64,000 nt of DNA from Bacilli bacterium (GTDB lineage Bacteria; Bacillota_I; Bacilli_A; RF39; UBA660): the NCBI GenBank assembly GCA_045125935.1, contig JBGVNW010000068.1, positions 55,323 to 119,322 of the forward strand, given 5' to 3'. The notes below the pieces were generated by a model. It had not been told where the DNA came from, made no database searches, and saw nothing but the letters and a program-made list of their open reading frames with translations. The translations under genes and the position numbers were made by a program. Shown one piece after another: positions 26,090 to 35,304 of the stretch (positions are counted from its first letter, which is position 1; the number at the start of each line of letters is the position of its first letter).

Positions 26090-27682
26090 ATGAAAATTTT
26101 TAGAATCAAAAACAGACGAAATTCGCTAGCAACCAATTCGAGTTCAACACATTCGGTTGTTTATAAAAACAAAGATCAAGTATTTGAAGATTTGAATATC
26201 TTTGATAATAGATATTATGACCGACACACGGAAACTATCGCTGCTAGCCGTGAAGCAAAGATTCGCTATATCTTTGCGAATATCTTCCGTTGGAACGAAC
26301 TTGTCGAATTGATGTCAATGAGATATCCCGAAATGAAGGAATATTATCCTTTGGCAAAGGATTATTACGATATTTACTGTAATGATAAAAAATGGGAAGA
26401 ACTTCGCAAATCCAATGGTGATGAATATTGGGATTTGTGGGAGGAACGAGATAGTTATATGTTCGGAGACCACATGAGAGGTAATCTATATAACCATCAA
26501 GAACTTTATCTTTCTTATGAATTTCTTTGCAATATTATTGATAGTCCAGATATTGTCATTGTCGGTGGTAGCGACGAAGCAGACTTTGTATATGATACTA
26601 TCGATGGGTGTGATGAAATTTCAAGTAGTTTCTCATATATGAAAAATATTACCGAGAAAATAAAAAATGGTAATTACTATATATTGTATGGTAGCACATA
26701 TAACCAAAAGGAAAAGGTAAGATTGCAGGTGGATAGCATTCCAGATATGATACCAGAATATCCAGAACTTGTTGATATGAAAATCACAAATGCATGTGAA
26801 CATAACTGTCCGTTCTGCTATATGGCATCTACACCTAATGGCAAGCATTCAAATTTAAACGACATTTATGAAATTATATCTAAATTTAAAATTAAAACAG
26901 AATTCGCATTGGGTGGCGGAAATGTGTTGCTACATCCTGATTTTGACAAAATTGTAAGATATATCAAAATTAATGAACATATCGCTAACATTACTATCCG
27001 ATATGACGATATTGATACTATTAATAACAATGAGACAATCAAGGATGCTATCGAGAAATATGTAAGTGGTATCGGTCTATCTGTTCAGAAAGCAAATGAT
27101 GTAGATGTTGCAACAGACTTCATTAATAAGATGCTCGATCTTGGAAAGCATGTGTCGCTTCATATCATCCCCGAAATGATTGGAGTTGACGAAACAATTG
27201 CTATCCTTACCAAAATGAATGATATTAACAAACAACGAGTTGCCAATAAGAATTACGATGATCCTTATGCGACAAATAGATGTAAAGTATTATTTCTTGG
27301 TTTGAAGCAATCGGGTAGAGCAAAAAATCTTGAACACAAGTTGCTGTCAGAAGAAAATTTAGATTTATTCGCACAAACATCTGGTTATCAATTTAATGTA
27401 GATACTGCATTTATTAACACATACGAAACGTGGTTCGCAGAAACTTTCAATGGTGATGATGAGTTTTTCTTAACAAAACATGAAGGCGAGTATTCTATGT
27501 TTATTGATGCTGTCAAGATGCAAGCATATACATCATCATATAAAGATGATGGTGGTATTGACCTATACAAATATGATAGCGAATACGACTATGTTAAGGA
27601 TATTAATGAAGTGTTCGGAGAGATTCGTAAAAAGAATGGATTTAAAGTTTTTGAAAAACCTGAACCTTATTATAGAAAATAA
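26090..27682 (+). CDS. radical-SAM domain protein with an N-terminal extension of about 230 aa of unknown type
   Basis: ITNACEHNCPFCYM gives the CxxxCxxC 4Fe-4S/SAM cluster motif. The downstream GGGNVLLHPDF resembles the GGEPLL SAM-binding motif. I do not recognise the N-terminal region. Confidence 0.75.
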   Translation: MKIFRIKNRRNSLATNSSSTHSVVYKNKDQVFEDLNIFDNRYYDRHTETIAASREAKIRYIFANIFRWNELVELMSMRYPEMKEYYPLAKDYYDIYCNDKKWEELRKSNGDEYWDLWEERDSYMFGDHMRGNLYNHQELYLSYEFLCNIIDSPDIVIVGGSDEADFVYDTIDGCDEISSSFSYMKNITEKIKNGNYYILYGSTYNQKEKVRLQVDSIPDMIPEYPELVDMKITNACEHNCPFCYMASTPNGKHSNLNDIYEIISKFKIKTEFALGGGNVLLHPDFDKIVRYIKINEHIANITIRYDDIDTINNNETIKDAIEKYVSGIGLSVQKANDVDVATDFINKMLDLGKHVSLHIIPEMIGVDETIAILTKMNDINKQRVANKNYDDPYATNRCKVLFLGLKQSGRAKNLEHKLLSEENLDLFAQTSGYQFNVDTAFINTYETWFAETFNGDDEFFLTKHEGEYSMFIDAVKMQAYTSSYKDDGGIDLYKYDSEYDYVKDINEVFGEIRKKNGFKVFEKPEPYYRK

Positions 27683-27694
27683 TAATTATTATAT

Positions 27695-28015
27695 ATGAAA
27701 AGAGACATCATAGTTAAAATTTGTGAATGGTTTTTAATTACATCAACATCATTGATAGCAACAATGTCTGCAATCGTTGGTGATTATTTATCGATGGTGT
27801 GGGCGATTTTTGCAATAGTAGCACTTATTGCAATGTCATATATGGAAAAACTTATTGACGAGCGAGATGAAGTTATCATTACACAAGAAAAAGTTATTGA
27901 TGAACTAACTGAATTATATAACACATTAGTGGAAAATTATAACAAGTTAGAAGAAGAAAACAAAGCATTGTTAAACGAAATGGATAATCAATCGTTGTCT
28001 GACAGCAAACAATAA
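27695..28015 (+). CDS. membrane protein with C-terminal coiled coil (106 aa)
   Basis: Two hydrophobic segments, then an E/L-rich helix. Confidence 0.6.
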   Translation: MKRDIIVKICEWFLITSTSLIATMSAIVGDYLSMVWAIFAIVALIAMSYMEKLIDERDEVIITQEKVIDELTELYNTLVENYNKLEEENKALLNEMDNQSLSDSKQ

Positions 28016-28033
28016 AATAATAATTATTATTTT
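28014..28033. repeat. perfect 20-bp A/T palindrome
   Basis: AAAATAATAATTATTATTTT, overlapping the TAA of 27695..28015. Confidence 0.95.
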
Positions 28034-28053
28034 TTAAAACAATCACGAAAATA

Positions 28054-28085
28054 TTTGGCAATTAGAAACAAATGTATTATCTTTG
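28054..28085 (+). promoter_or_regulatory. Bacteroidota-type promoter
   Basis: TTTG-N20-TATCTTTG. The gene start is at 28103. Confidence 0.7.
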
Positions 28086-28102
28086 TAGAAAATAATTAAA
28101 CA

Positions 28103-28480
28103 ATGAGCAAAATGAGCATAGAAGACTATAAGAAAAGAATAGCGTATGGCGAACCATTTATGAAAACTTTATCAAATATTTCTATAAAAGATATAGTTGC
28201 CGTAATAGAAAAAATCTGGGAAAACTCCTGTGGAAATTTTTATTTCACAATTGAAAACGGAGAATATCTTAAAAAAGAATACGCAAATAAAACAATTACT
28301 GTTGAATATAATTCTAATCTTGATATTGAAACTATCATAGTGAAATGGAGTTTTTATGATCAAATAAAGATAGAACTATCAGCGTATGGTCTGACAGCAA
28401 CATATAAACCCGAACATGGTCAGAATAAAATAATATATGACATAACTTGGGTACTTGTTAATAGTTGGTTTCAAAATTAA
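28103..28480 (+). CDS. hypothetical protein, distant paralog of 51278..51559
   Basis: Shared C-terminal block: TATYKPEHGQNKIIYDITW here versus ISITFKPEHRSQEQLVYISW in the paralog. Confidence 0.6.
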   Translation: MSKMSIEDYKKRIAYGEPFMKTLSNISIKDIVAVIEKIWENSCGNFYFTIENGEYLKKEYANKTITVEYNSNLDIETIIVKWSFYDQIKIELSAYGLTATYKPEHGQNKIIYDITWVLVNSWFQN

Positions 28481-28538
28481 TGTTGAATTTAATTTGTAAT
28501 AAATAAAAATTATTTTTTTCGGAATTATCTATTTTAGA

Positions 28539-28570
28539 CTTGGTTTTTAACGAAAAAAATATTATATTTG
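28539..28570 (+). promoter_or_regulatory. Bacteroidota-type promoter (-33 CTTG variant)
   Basis: CTTG-N20-TATATTTG. The gene start is at 28656. Confidence 0.5.
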
Positions 28571-28655
28571 TAATGATAATGATGTTTATATCAAAAGAAT
28601 ATATAAATACAGAAAACAAAATATTTGAGTTATAACATAATAATTTATAGAATAT

Positions 28656-29585
28656 ATGGAATATATTAATAAATTTGATGAATTTCACAACAGCGAAAAA
28701 AATGTTGTGAATGAGACCGAAGTGGGAGAAAATAAATTACAACCAATTAATGTCGGGGAACTTAAAATGCTTTACGAACCAGAAGAAGTTGAAAAGTATT
28801 TACCTTTGGTTTGGGAAATGCTAAAAAAATCCTATGAAGGTATAGGGGGATTGAAGGCATATCGTGGATATAATGATTTTAAGGAAAAAAAACATCTTTT
28901 AATGGTTGTAAGGGATTTTAATAACCAAGATTTATTAGCGTGCGCCGTATTCCGTAGAATAGAAAGTAGTTTAAAAATGACCGCCATTGGTTGTAATCAA
29001 GAAAATAATGGAAAACTCGCTTTACAACAGATAATACAACACACAATATCAGAATTAGAATTACATTATTGGACAGAAGTCAGTGGTGTAATAGAATATT
29101 ATTTCAAAAAACATAAGGGATTTCCAATGCCCAATACTATCGCAAGCAAAATACTAGGAGTGTCTGATAACCTTGTTATACCATCAAAGAAAGATATGGT
29201 TCATTATGATAGAGTCATTGTAAGAGATAGAGAGAAATTCACAAAAATGATATATGGAATAAAATCTGAAGAAATATTCCAAGATGCGATATCTGAGTTT
29301 GATGACTATTATGACTTTATGAAGGAGGTCAATAAAATAGTCAATGAGTCTAAAGAAACTAAATATTCTGTAAAGCAGGCTATTTACATCATTGAGAACT
29401 TATATACGATGCACGAAGATAATGCTATCAACGAACTAACTCCAAAATGGCACGATGCATTGAGAGATAGTGTGGAAGTGTTGAATTTAGTCAAAGAAAA
29501 AGACCAAACCATTTCAGACTATATTGAATATGGTAAATATCTGTTATCGGATATGCAGGTATTGACACTAAATGTTATACAATAA
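28656..29585 (+). CDS. hypothetical protein (309 aa)
   Basis: ORF track. No motif I can name with confidence. Confidence 0.65.
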   Translation: MEYINKFDEFHNSEKNVVNETEVGENKLQPINVGELKMLYEPEEVEKYLPLVWEMLKKSYEGIGGLKAYRGYNDFKEKKHLLMVVRDFNNQDLLACAVFRRIESSLKMTAIGCNQENNGKLALQQIIQHTISELELHYWTEVSGVIEYYFKKHKGFPMPNTIASKILGVSDNLVIPSKKDMVHYDRVIVRDREKFTKMIYGIKSEEIFQDAISEFDDYYDFMKEVNKIVNESKETKYSVKQAIYIIENLYTMHEDNAINELTPKWHDALRDSVEVLNLVKEKDQTISDYIEYGKYLLSDMQVLTLNVIQ

Positions 29586-29695
29586 ACAAAAGATTGACTT
29601 GTTATAATAGAGTATTCTTTGTCGTTTTTATTATGACATAATCCAACAAACACACCTTAATTACAAGTATAAAGTAGATAATTTCGTTTTTTTAT

Positions 29696-30076
29696 ATGTT
29701 TGATAAATCACAGCGGGGAAGTTTTAAATATCACTTTGCACATCTTTTTGCTTTCAATATGACAGCATTAAATCTTGGAGTTTGGAAATTCAAATATTTA
29801 TTTCACGATTTTGAGAAACCTTGGTTGATGTTGATATGGGAAGATTATTCAAGAGTACAGCAATATCACCGAAAGCATAATAATCATCATTTAGAATATA
29901 AAGGAAATTATGATTTTGAAGCAATGGTAATAGACTGGGAATGTAGTCGATTTACAAAATCAGCAATGTCATGGACAGCAAGACAAGAATATGAGCGAGT
30001 ACTTGCAGAATCACCAGAATTACCAAAATGGGTATTTCATGGCATAGAATCAACATTAATTAAATTAGGTTTATAA
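29696..30076 (+). CDS. hypothetical His-rich protein (126 aa)
   Basis: ORF track. Contains HDFEKPW...YHRKHNNHHLEY. Confidence 0.6.
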   Translation: MFDKSQRGSFKYHFAHLFAFNMTALNLGVWKFKYLFHDFEKPWLMLIWEDYSRVQQYHRKHNNHHLEYKGNYDFEAMVIDWECSRFTKSAMSWTARQEYERVLAESPELPKWVFHGIESTLIKLGL

Positions 30077-30528
30077 TGAAAAATTTGAAGTTTAGAGCAA
30101 AACGGTATAGCGATGGTAAATGGGTATATGGTAGTGGAGTTATATTTTGCGATGATTGTTGTTTCATAGATAAACGAGACGAATGCTATATTCAGAGACC
30201 ATATGCTTTCAGGGGAAATACACATTTTATAGAATTAGCATCAGTCATGTGTCTCGATAACACAGTCTGTCAATTTACAGGAATTAAAGATAAAAATGGT
30301 AAAGAAATTTATGACGGAGATATTATTCGAAGTTTTGACAGCAATAACAACGAGATTATACATTATATAACATGGCGAGAAACTGAAGCGAGATTTGTCG
30401 CAGTATATGATTATATCAATAAATGGCATATAGATTTAACATGTGGTCTACATCAAAAGTGGATAGATGAATACGGTAAAGAAATAATTGGAAATATATA
30501 CGATAATCCAGAAATATTAAATAAATAA
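30076..30528 (+). CDS. YopX-family phage protein
   Basis: KFRAKRYSDGKWVYGSG...CQFTGIKDKNGKEIYDGDIIR...IIGNIYDNPEIL is the classic YopX pattern. Confidence 0.75.
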   Translation: MKNLKFRAKRYSDGKWVYGSGVIFCDDCCFIDKRDECYIQRPYAFRGNTHFIELASVMCLDNTVCQFTGIKDKNGKEIYDGDIIRSFDSNNNEIIHYITWRETEARFVAVYDYINKWHIDLTCGLHQKWIDEYGKEIIGNIYDNPEILNK

Positions 30529-30529
30529 A

Positions 30530-30733
30530 ATGAATGTAAAAATCAATACACTACACATGCCAATAGACGATTATATTGGTAAAGACTTATATGAGGTTGC
30601 TGTCGAAATATGTGATAAAAAAGATCCGTTTGGTGTTTATAAATGGAGATGGAAAACATTTGCTGTATATGAGTCAGAATTAATCGCAAACTTTGTTGCT
30701 GAAAGCATACGCAATGGCGATATAGAATTTTAA
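30530..30733 (+). CDS. hypothetical protein (67 aa)
   Basis: ORF track. Confidence 0.5.
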   Translation: MNVKINTLHMPIDDYIGKDLYEVAVEICDKKDPFGVYKWRWKTFAVYESELIANFVAESIRNGDIEF

Positions 30734-30742
30734 TTTATTTTT

Positions 30743-30958
30743 ATGACACAAGAAATTTTTAAACAACAGATAGAACTATTTGTTGATCGCTATCAAGAAA
30801 AAATGCGTAGAGCAAAAACCAAAGCAGAGCAAAATGCTATATTAGATGATATAATTCTAATAAAAGGAACTATTGCCAGAACATTGAGATTGTGCTGTCA
30901 GTATCCAGACCTTGCGAAAGAATATATGGAAAATCAACCGAAAGCAACAATGGATTAA
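30743..30958 (+). CDS. hypothetical protein (71 aa)
   Basis: ORF track. Confidence 0.5.
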   Translation: MTQEIFKQQIELFVDRYQEKMRRAKTKAEQNAILDDIILIKGTIARTLRLCCQYPDLAKEYMENQPKATMD

Positions 30959-30970
30959 AATAATAAAACA

Positions 30971-31660
30971 ATGAGTAAGAAAAAAACTAAAGATGAAATA
31001 ACACTTGAGAATTATAAGAATCATGTTGGTGAATGGGTTTGTAGCATCTGTGCATCGGGAAGTAGTCAACCAGCAAAAAATATACAAAATTTAAGAGGGT
31101 TGGGATATGCTTTCAAAGAAACATCAACAGGTAGATATGCAAAGCAGTGTTTTTGTGAAAAATGTGGATGTAATCGAACACATTATATGTTGCTTTCAGC
31201 AGAACCAACATTTGATGAAAAAACAAGATGTATAATCACTCCTGAACAAAGAGAACGAATAATACCTTTATTTGAAAGCAGAGATGCTTTTACTGGTGCA
31301 AAAATTACTACAAGAGCAGAAATTGATCATAAAAAACCATTTGCCAGATTGGAACAAGATATAGATGTTTCGCTTCTTTCTGATGAAGAAATAAAAAAAC
31401 ATTTTCAACTTTTAACACGAGACCATAATCTATTAAAGGATAGAAAATGCCAACAATGTATTAAAACTAATAAGAGACCTTCTTTCTTAGGTAAAAAATA
31501 TTGGTATGCTGGTGATGAAAAATTCACGGGAGATTGTGAAGGATGTGGATATTACGATGGTGTGAAATGGACAGAAGAATTTAATAAAGAGGAAGTAAGA
31601 GAAATAGCACGAAAAAACTTAATATCATATCTATATAAATATATCGACAGCAATAAATAA
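30971..31660 (+). CDS. zinc-ribbon protein with a possible His-Me (HNH-like) finger; tandem paralog 1
   Basis: CSICASG...CEKCGC, then EIDHKKP...QLLTRDHNLLKDRKCQQC...CEGCGYYDG. Co-linear with 31691..32419. Confidence 0.55.
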   Translation: MSKKKTKDEITLENYKNHVGEWVCSICASGSSQPAKNIQNLRGLGYAFKETSTGRYAKQCFCEKCGCNRTHYMLLSAEPTFDEKTRCIITPEQRERIIPLFESRDAFTGAKITTRAEIDHKKPFARLEQDIDVSLLSDEEIKKHFQLLTRDHNLLKDRKCQQCIKTNKRPSFLGKKYWYAGDEKFTGDCEGCGYYDGVKWTEEFNKEEVREIARKNLISYLYKYIDSNK

Positions 31661-31690
31661 TATTGAGTAAAAATAAATAATAATTATTTT

Positions 31691-32419
31691 ATGGATAAAA
31701 AAAGTCAAGTAGATTCGGCACTTAATATGTGCATTAATAACCTCAACGAATGGGTGTGCAGTTCTTGTGCAACTGACAATTGCGATCAACCAGCAGCAGT
31801 TTTCAAGTTGTTGCGAAATAAAGGATATAAATTTGAGGAAACAGCAAGTGGTAAATTTAGTAAGAAAATATTTTGCCCAATATGTGGTAAAACACAAACA
31901 CATTACAAATTGCTATCAGACGATCCAAATTTTGACGAAAATGATAATAATAATGCAATTCCACAAAGACAATATATTAGAATTCAAAATATTCTGGACA
32001 ATGTAGAAGCATATAATTTGTGGAAAGCATCATCTAAACCACAGGTAGATAAAAAAACACCTGTGTCAAGAGAGAAGGATGTAGAAGATATTTCAACATT
32101 ATCTAATGAAGAAATTAAAAATCGCTATCAACTTTTAACACAAGAACATGTTGCGTTAAAAAATAAGGCGTGCAACCACTGCATGAAATACGGCATCAGA
32201 CCTCCTTTTATGGGAAAGAAATTCTACTATGCTGGAGATGATATTTACAGAGGAACTTGTGAAGGTTGTGGTTGGCACGATGGAGCAAAATGGACAGCAG
32301 AACTTAACAAATTACTTGAGGATTACTATCGCCTTAAGGAACTTGAAGATGAATACACAAAAGAGAAGAATAATTATATCAATTATATCAAATATCTTAC
32401 AAGTTTTAAAAAAGAGTAA
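31691..32419 (+). CDS. tandem paralog 2 of 30971..31660, with the DH/HN positions substituted
   Basis: CSSCATD...CPICGK, then VDKKTP...QLLTQEHVALKNKACNHC...CEGCGWHDG. Confidence 0.55.
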   Translation: MDKKSQVDSALNMCINNLNEWVCSSCATDNCDQPAAVFKLLRNKGYKFEETASGKFSKKIFCPICGKTQTHYKLLSDDPNFDENDNNNAIPQRQYIRIQNILDNVEAYNLWKASSKPQVDKKTPVSREKDVEDISTLSNEEIKNRYQLLTQEHVALKNKACNHCMKYGIRPPFMGKKFYYAGDDIYRGTCEGCGWHDGAKWTAELNKLLEDYYRLKELEDEYTKEKNNYINYIKYLTSFKKE

Positions 32420-32420
32420 C

Positions 32421-32756
32421 ATGGTAAACGAAAAACTTTTAGCATGGGCAAATGACCTCCCAGATAAATTTGATGATGTAGATTTCGATATATTCGTGCC
32501 TCGCTGTCAGACAAAAGAAGATTCTATATTTGTTCAAGATACACTTATTAGACACGGAGCAATTCCCCTACATGAATTGATAGCAGGTAAAACATATATC
32601 GGAACTTGCAGAAACGCCAGCGAAGCAGTGTGGGACGGAGAAGAGTTTGTCTATCAGAGATATAAGTGGGGTGAAACATATCCAGAAAAAATTAACCATT
32701 TTGAGAATGATGATGGTTATGATGTGTTTGTCCCAATTAAATTAAAAGATGAATAA
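32421..32756 (+). CDS. hypothetical protein (111 aa)
   Basis: Track ORF 32229..32756. I moved the start to the ATG at 32421 (MVNEKLLAWANDL...), 1 nt after the upstream stop. Confidence 0.6.
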   Translation: MVNEKLLAWANDLPDKFDDVDFDIFVPRCQTKEDSIFVQDTLIRHGAIPLHELIAGKTYIGTCRNASEAVWDGEEFVYQRYKWGETYPEKINHFENDDGYDVFVPIKLKDE

Positions 32757-32758
32757 TT

Positions 32759-32986
32759 ATGGAAAATATTGTAGTAATTAAACCTTGGTTAGAAAACCTT
32801 CGACATGAAATAAACGAAGCATTGCAAAAATATGTTGGTAAAACAAATTCTCTCAAAGAAAGAGAATGTATATATTTGACAATCAACAACATAGTAGATA
32901 AATATATGCGAGAAGGACATTTTGATAACACATTTAATGTTTGGAAATATTTAGATTTTAATTTAAACAAAAAAATAGAACCGTAA
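32759..32986 (+). CDS. hypothetical protein (75 aa)
   Basis: ORF track. Confidence 0.5.
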   Translation: MENIVVIKPWLENLRHEINEALQKYVGKTNSLKERECIYLTINNIVDKYMREGHFDNTFNVWKYLDFNLNKKIEP

Positions 32987-32987
32987 T

Positions 32988-33203
32988 ATGTCAAGCACAG
33001 AAAAGAAATTAATAAAAGCATATAAGAAATATATCCACTTTCTTTCAGAAGCATATGATGAGGCTTTCCTGATAGCAAACGCTCACGGTTATAATTGTAG
33101 TGAAGCAGAGGTTGCTTTCGGACAGCAGTTGAGAAATGATATCCAAGATTTGGAAAATGAATGTGGCGTACCTGATGAAATTTTGATGGATTATTTATAT
33201 TAA
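32988..33203 (+). CDS. hypothetical protein (71 aa)
   Basis: ORF track. Confidence 0.5.
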   Translation: MSSTEKKLIKAYKKYIHFLSEAYDEAFLIANAHGYNCSEAEVAFGQQLRNDIQDLENECGVPDEILMDYLY

Positions 33204-33360
33204 CAAACTTTTTTTTGCTGTTTGTTATCCGAAAAAAATAATTATTATTTTTTCTATAAATAATATATATAATTAAAATTTACCAGTATGACAGTAAAAG
33301 TTATTAATTCTTATGAAAACTTATTAAATATTTCATAAATATTATATATTAAGTAAATAA

Positions 33361-34743
33361 ATGATAACACTGAAGATTAAATATTCTACAACAGAAGATG
33401 GTTTAAATTTAATTAAGGAGTATAGAAAACAATACTCTTCGGTGCTTCATTTTGCTTATAACAGACGATATGAAGATATTAGTGAAAAAGTTATAGAACA
33501 TCAAATAAATTCATTGAATAATATCCCACTTATTAAATCATACATTAGTAGGTGTGCTGTAAAACATGCTACACAGTTGATTAAAACCGATGATAGAAAA
33601 CGAATATTTGGTGGTAAAAAGAATTTTATTGCTCGTTGTAAAGGAAAAATAACTAAAGATGAGTTTCTAAATAAACGATTAAACAATTTATATATTATTG
33701 GTGAAGCAAACCAACATGGCAATAGATTTATTAAATTAAATGATGATTTAGAATCTTTTACGTTTAAACCAACAAAGAAAGATAAAATTATTTTGTCTAT
33801 TGATGGTATATATAAAAGATATAAGTCAATATTAAATAAATTATATCATTTACAGCAAGATAAGCAAATACCTATAACATATGAGTTGGATAATGAGTAT
33901 ATTTATTTAACTTATGATGAAACATTATTAAACAAATTTGTTGATTATAAACCTATTAAAAACAGGATATTTGCTATTGACTTAAACCCTAATTATATAG
34001 GTTGGTCTGTTGTAGATTGGAAAAGTAGCAGTAAGTTTGAAGTTGTTAAAAGTGGAGTTATTAGTGTAAAAGATATAAATAATATCGACTTTGGTTTAAA
34101 AGGTAAATCAAGCGAATCAAAAGAAAGAATTTATATCAATAACAAAAGAACATTTGAAACATACGAAATAAGTAAGTTATTAGTTAATACTGCTAAATAT
34201 TATAGGTGTGAAATGTTTGGTTTAGAGGAACTTAATATTAAAAGTAAAGACACAGACAAAGGTAAACACTATAATAGGTTAGTTAATAATGTTTGGAATA
34301 GAGATAAACTCGTTAATAATATTAAGAAACGCTGTAACATATATTCTATTAGAGTGATGTTAGCGAAACCTAATTATAGTTCATTCGTAGGTAATTTTTT
34401 ATTTAGAGATTTAAATCTACCAGATATGACACTGGCATCTATAGAAATAGGTAGAAGATGTTATGAGTTTAAAACACAATATATAGATAAAACAAAAGAT
34501 AAAAGAAAAAATATAATTTTACCTGATGTTAATGATTTTAATGATAGATATATTAAGTCGTTGGAAGAATTTAATATACCTGGAGAAACCAAAGAATTAG
34601 TTAAAATATATTATTTCTTAAAAAACGCTAAAAGCAGATATAGGGTTTCTTTAGATGAATTAAATCATCTGGAGTTTTCGAGATGTTTTTCAAACAAAAG
34701 TAAAGTTAAGAAAATTTTAATAACAATACATAAAAACACATAA
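33361..34743 (+). CDS. divergent TnpB/Cas12-like RuvC nuclease without a zinc finger (460 aa)
   Basis: RuvC-I is RIFAIDLNPNYIGWSVVD. RuvC-II is CEMFGLEELNIKS. The YTSQ-like motif is AKPNYSSFVGNF. The RuvC-III-like block is LPDMTLASIEIGRR. There is no CxxC...CxxC between the last two blocks. The N-terminus MITLKIKYSTTEDGLNLIKEYRKQYSSVLHFAYNR is TnpB-like. Confidence 0.7.
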   Translation: MITLKIKYSTTEDGLNLIKEYRKQYSSVLHFAYNRRYEDISEKVIEHQINSLNNIPLIKSYISRCAVKHATQLIKTDDRKRIFGGKKNFIARCKGKITKDEFLNKRLNNLYIIGEANQHGNRFIKLNDDLESFTFKPTKKDKIILSIDGIYKRYKSILNKLYHLQQDKQIPITYELDNEYIYLTYDETLLNKFVDYKPIKNRIFAIDLNPNYIGWSVVDWKSSSKFEVVKSGVISVKDINNIDFGLKGKSSESKERIYINNKRTFETYEISKLLVNTAKYYRCEMFGLEELNIKSKDTDKGKHYNRLVNNVWNRDKLVNNIKKRCNIYSIRVMLAKPNYSSFVGNFLFRDLNLPDMTLASIEIGRRCYEFKTQYIDKTKDKRKNIILPDVNDFNDRYIKSLEEFNIPGETKELVKIYYFLKNAKSRYRVSLDELNHLEFSRCFSNKSKVKKILITIHKNT

Positions 34744-34747
34744 AAAC

Positions 34748-35125
34748 ATGAGTCTGAGTCTGACAGTCAAGTTTAATTTCGATTATGTGCTTAATCTACA
34801 CAGCAGAATCAGTTATATATCCGCTATCGAAAAAGATGGTGTTGATGAAGATGTTGCTTACAAACGATCAACAGTTCAGGTTAATAGATATGACATAAAA
34901 TCAATTACAAGAACAACAGAAGGTGCAGCGGTTATAACAACAAAAAAAGCAGGACCTCCAATTATTACAGTTGAGGATTATGATGAGATTTTAGATACTA
35001 TGGAAAAAGCAAATCTTGCAATTGACATCATGCATAAAGAAAAAGTATATATATTCGATAATTTCGTGGTGGGTGATGATGAATTAAAAGTTTGCGACGG
35101 TTGGAAAGAATTGAAAGCAAATTAA
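34748..35125 (+). CDS. hypothetical protein (125 aa) immediately downstream of the RuvC nuclease gene
   Basis: ORF track. Starts 4 nt after the nuclease stop. A terminator follows. Confidence 0.6.
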   Translation: MSLSLTVKFNFDYVLNLHSRISYISAIEKDGVDEDVAYKRSTVQVNRYDIKSITRTTEGAAVITTKKAGPPIITVEDYDEILDTMEKANLAIDIMHKEKVYIFDNFVVGDDELKVCDGWKELKAN

Positions 35126-35132
35126 TGAAGTT

Positions 35133-35166
35133 GATGGATAGCAATCGCTGTCCATCTTTTTTTTTT
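35133..35166 (+). terminator. intrinsic terminator
   Basis: GATGGATAGC-AATC-GCTGTCCATC, a 10-bp stem including one G.U pair, followed by T10. The stem arms are themselves GATAGC/GCTGTC motifs. Confidence 0.8.
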
Positions 35167-35205
35167 GAAATAATAATTATTATTTTTTATTTGCTGTCAG
35201 AAATA

Positions 35206-35237
35206 TTTGGTAATTACAAAAAATAATATTATATTTG
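35206..35237 (+). promoter_or_regulatory. Bacteroidota-type promoter fused directly to a truncated paralog
   Basis: TTTG-N20-TATATTTG. The reading frame of 35305..36042 is already open from 35227, inside the promoter. Confidence 0.65.
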
Positions 35238-35304
35238 TAGTGTAAATAAAAAAAAAATAAATTGTTATGTAACAAGATTTGCCACGGAAGAAGAAAAACA
35301 AAAA

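Noticed and set aside
28656-29585. GNAT acetyltransferase call for the 309-aa protein; PI-PLC-like call for 9381..10097
   Set aside because: Only vague motif resemblance (NQENNGKLALQQII; HNTMSY). This is not enough to support a functional name without a profile search.
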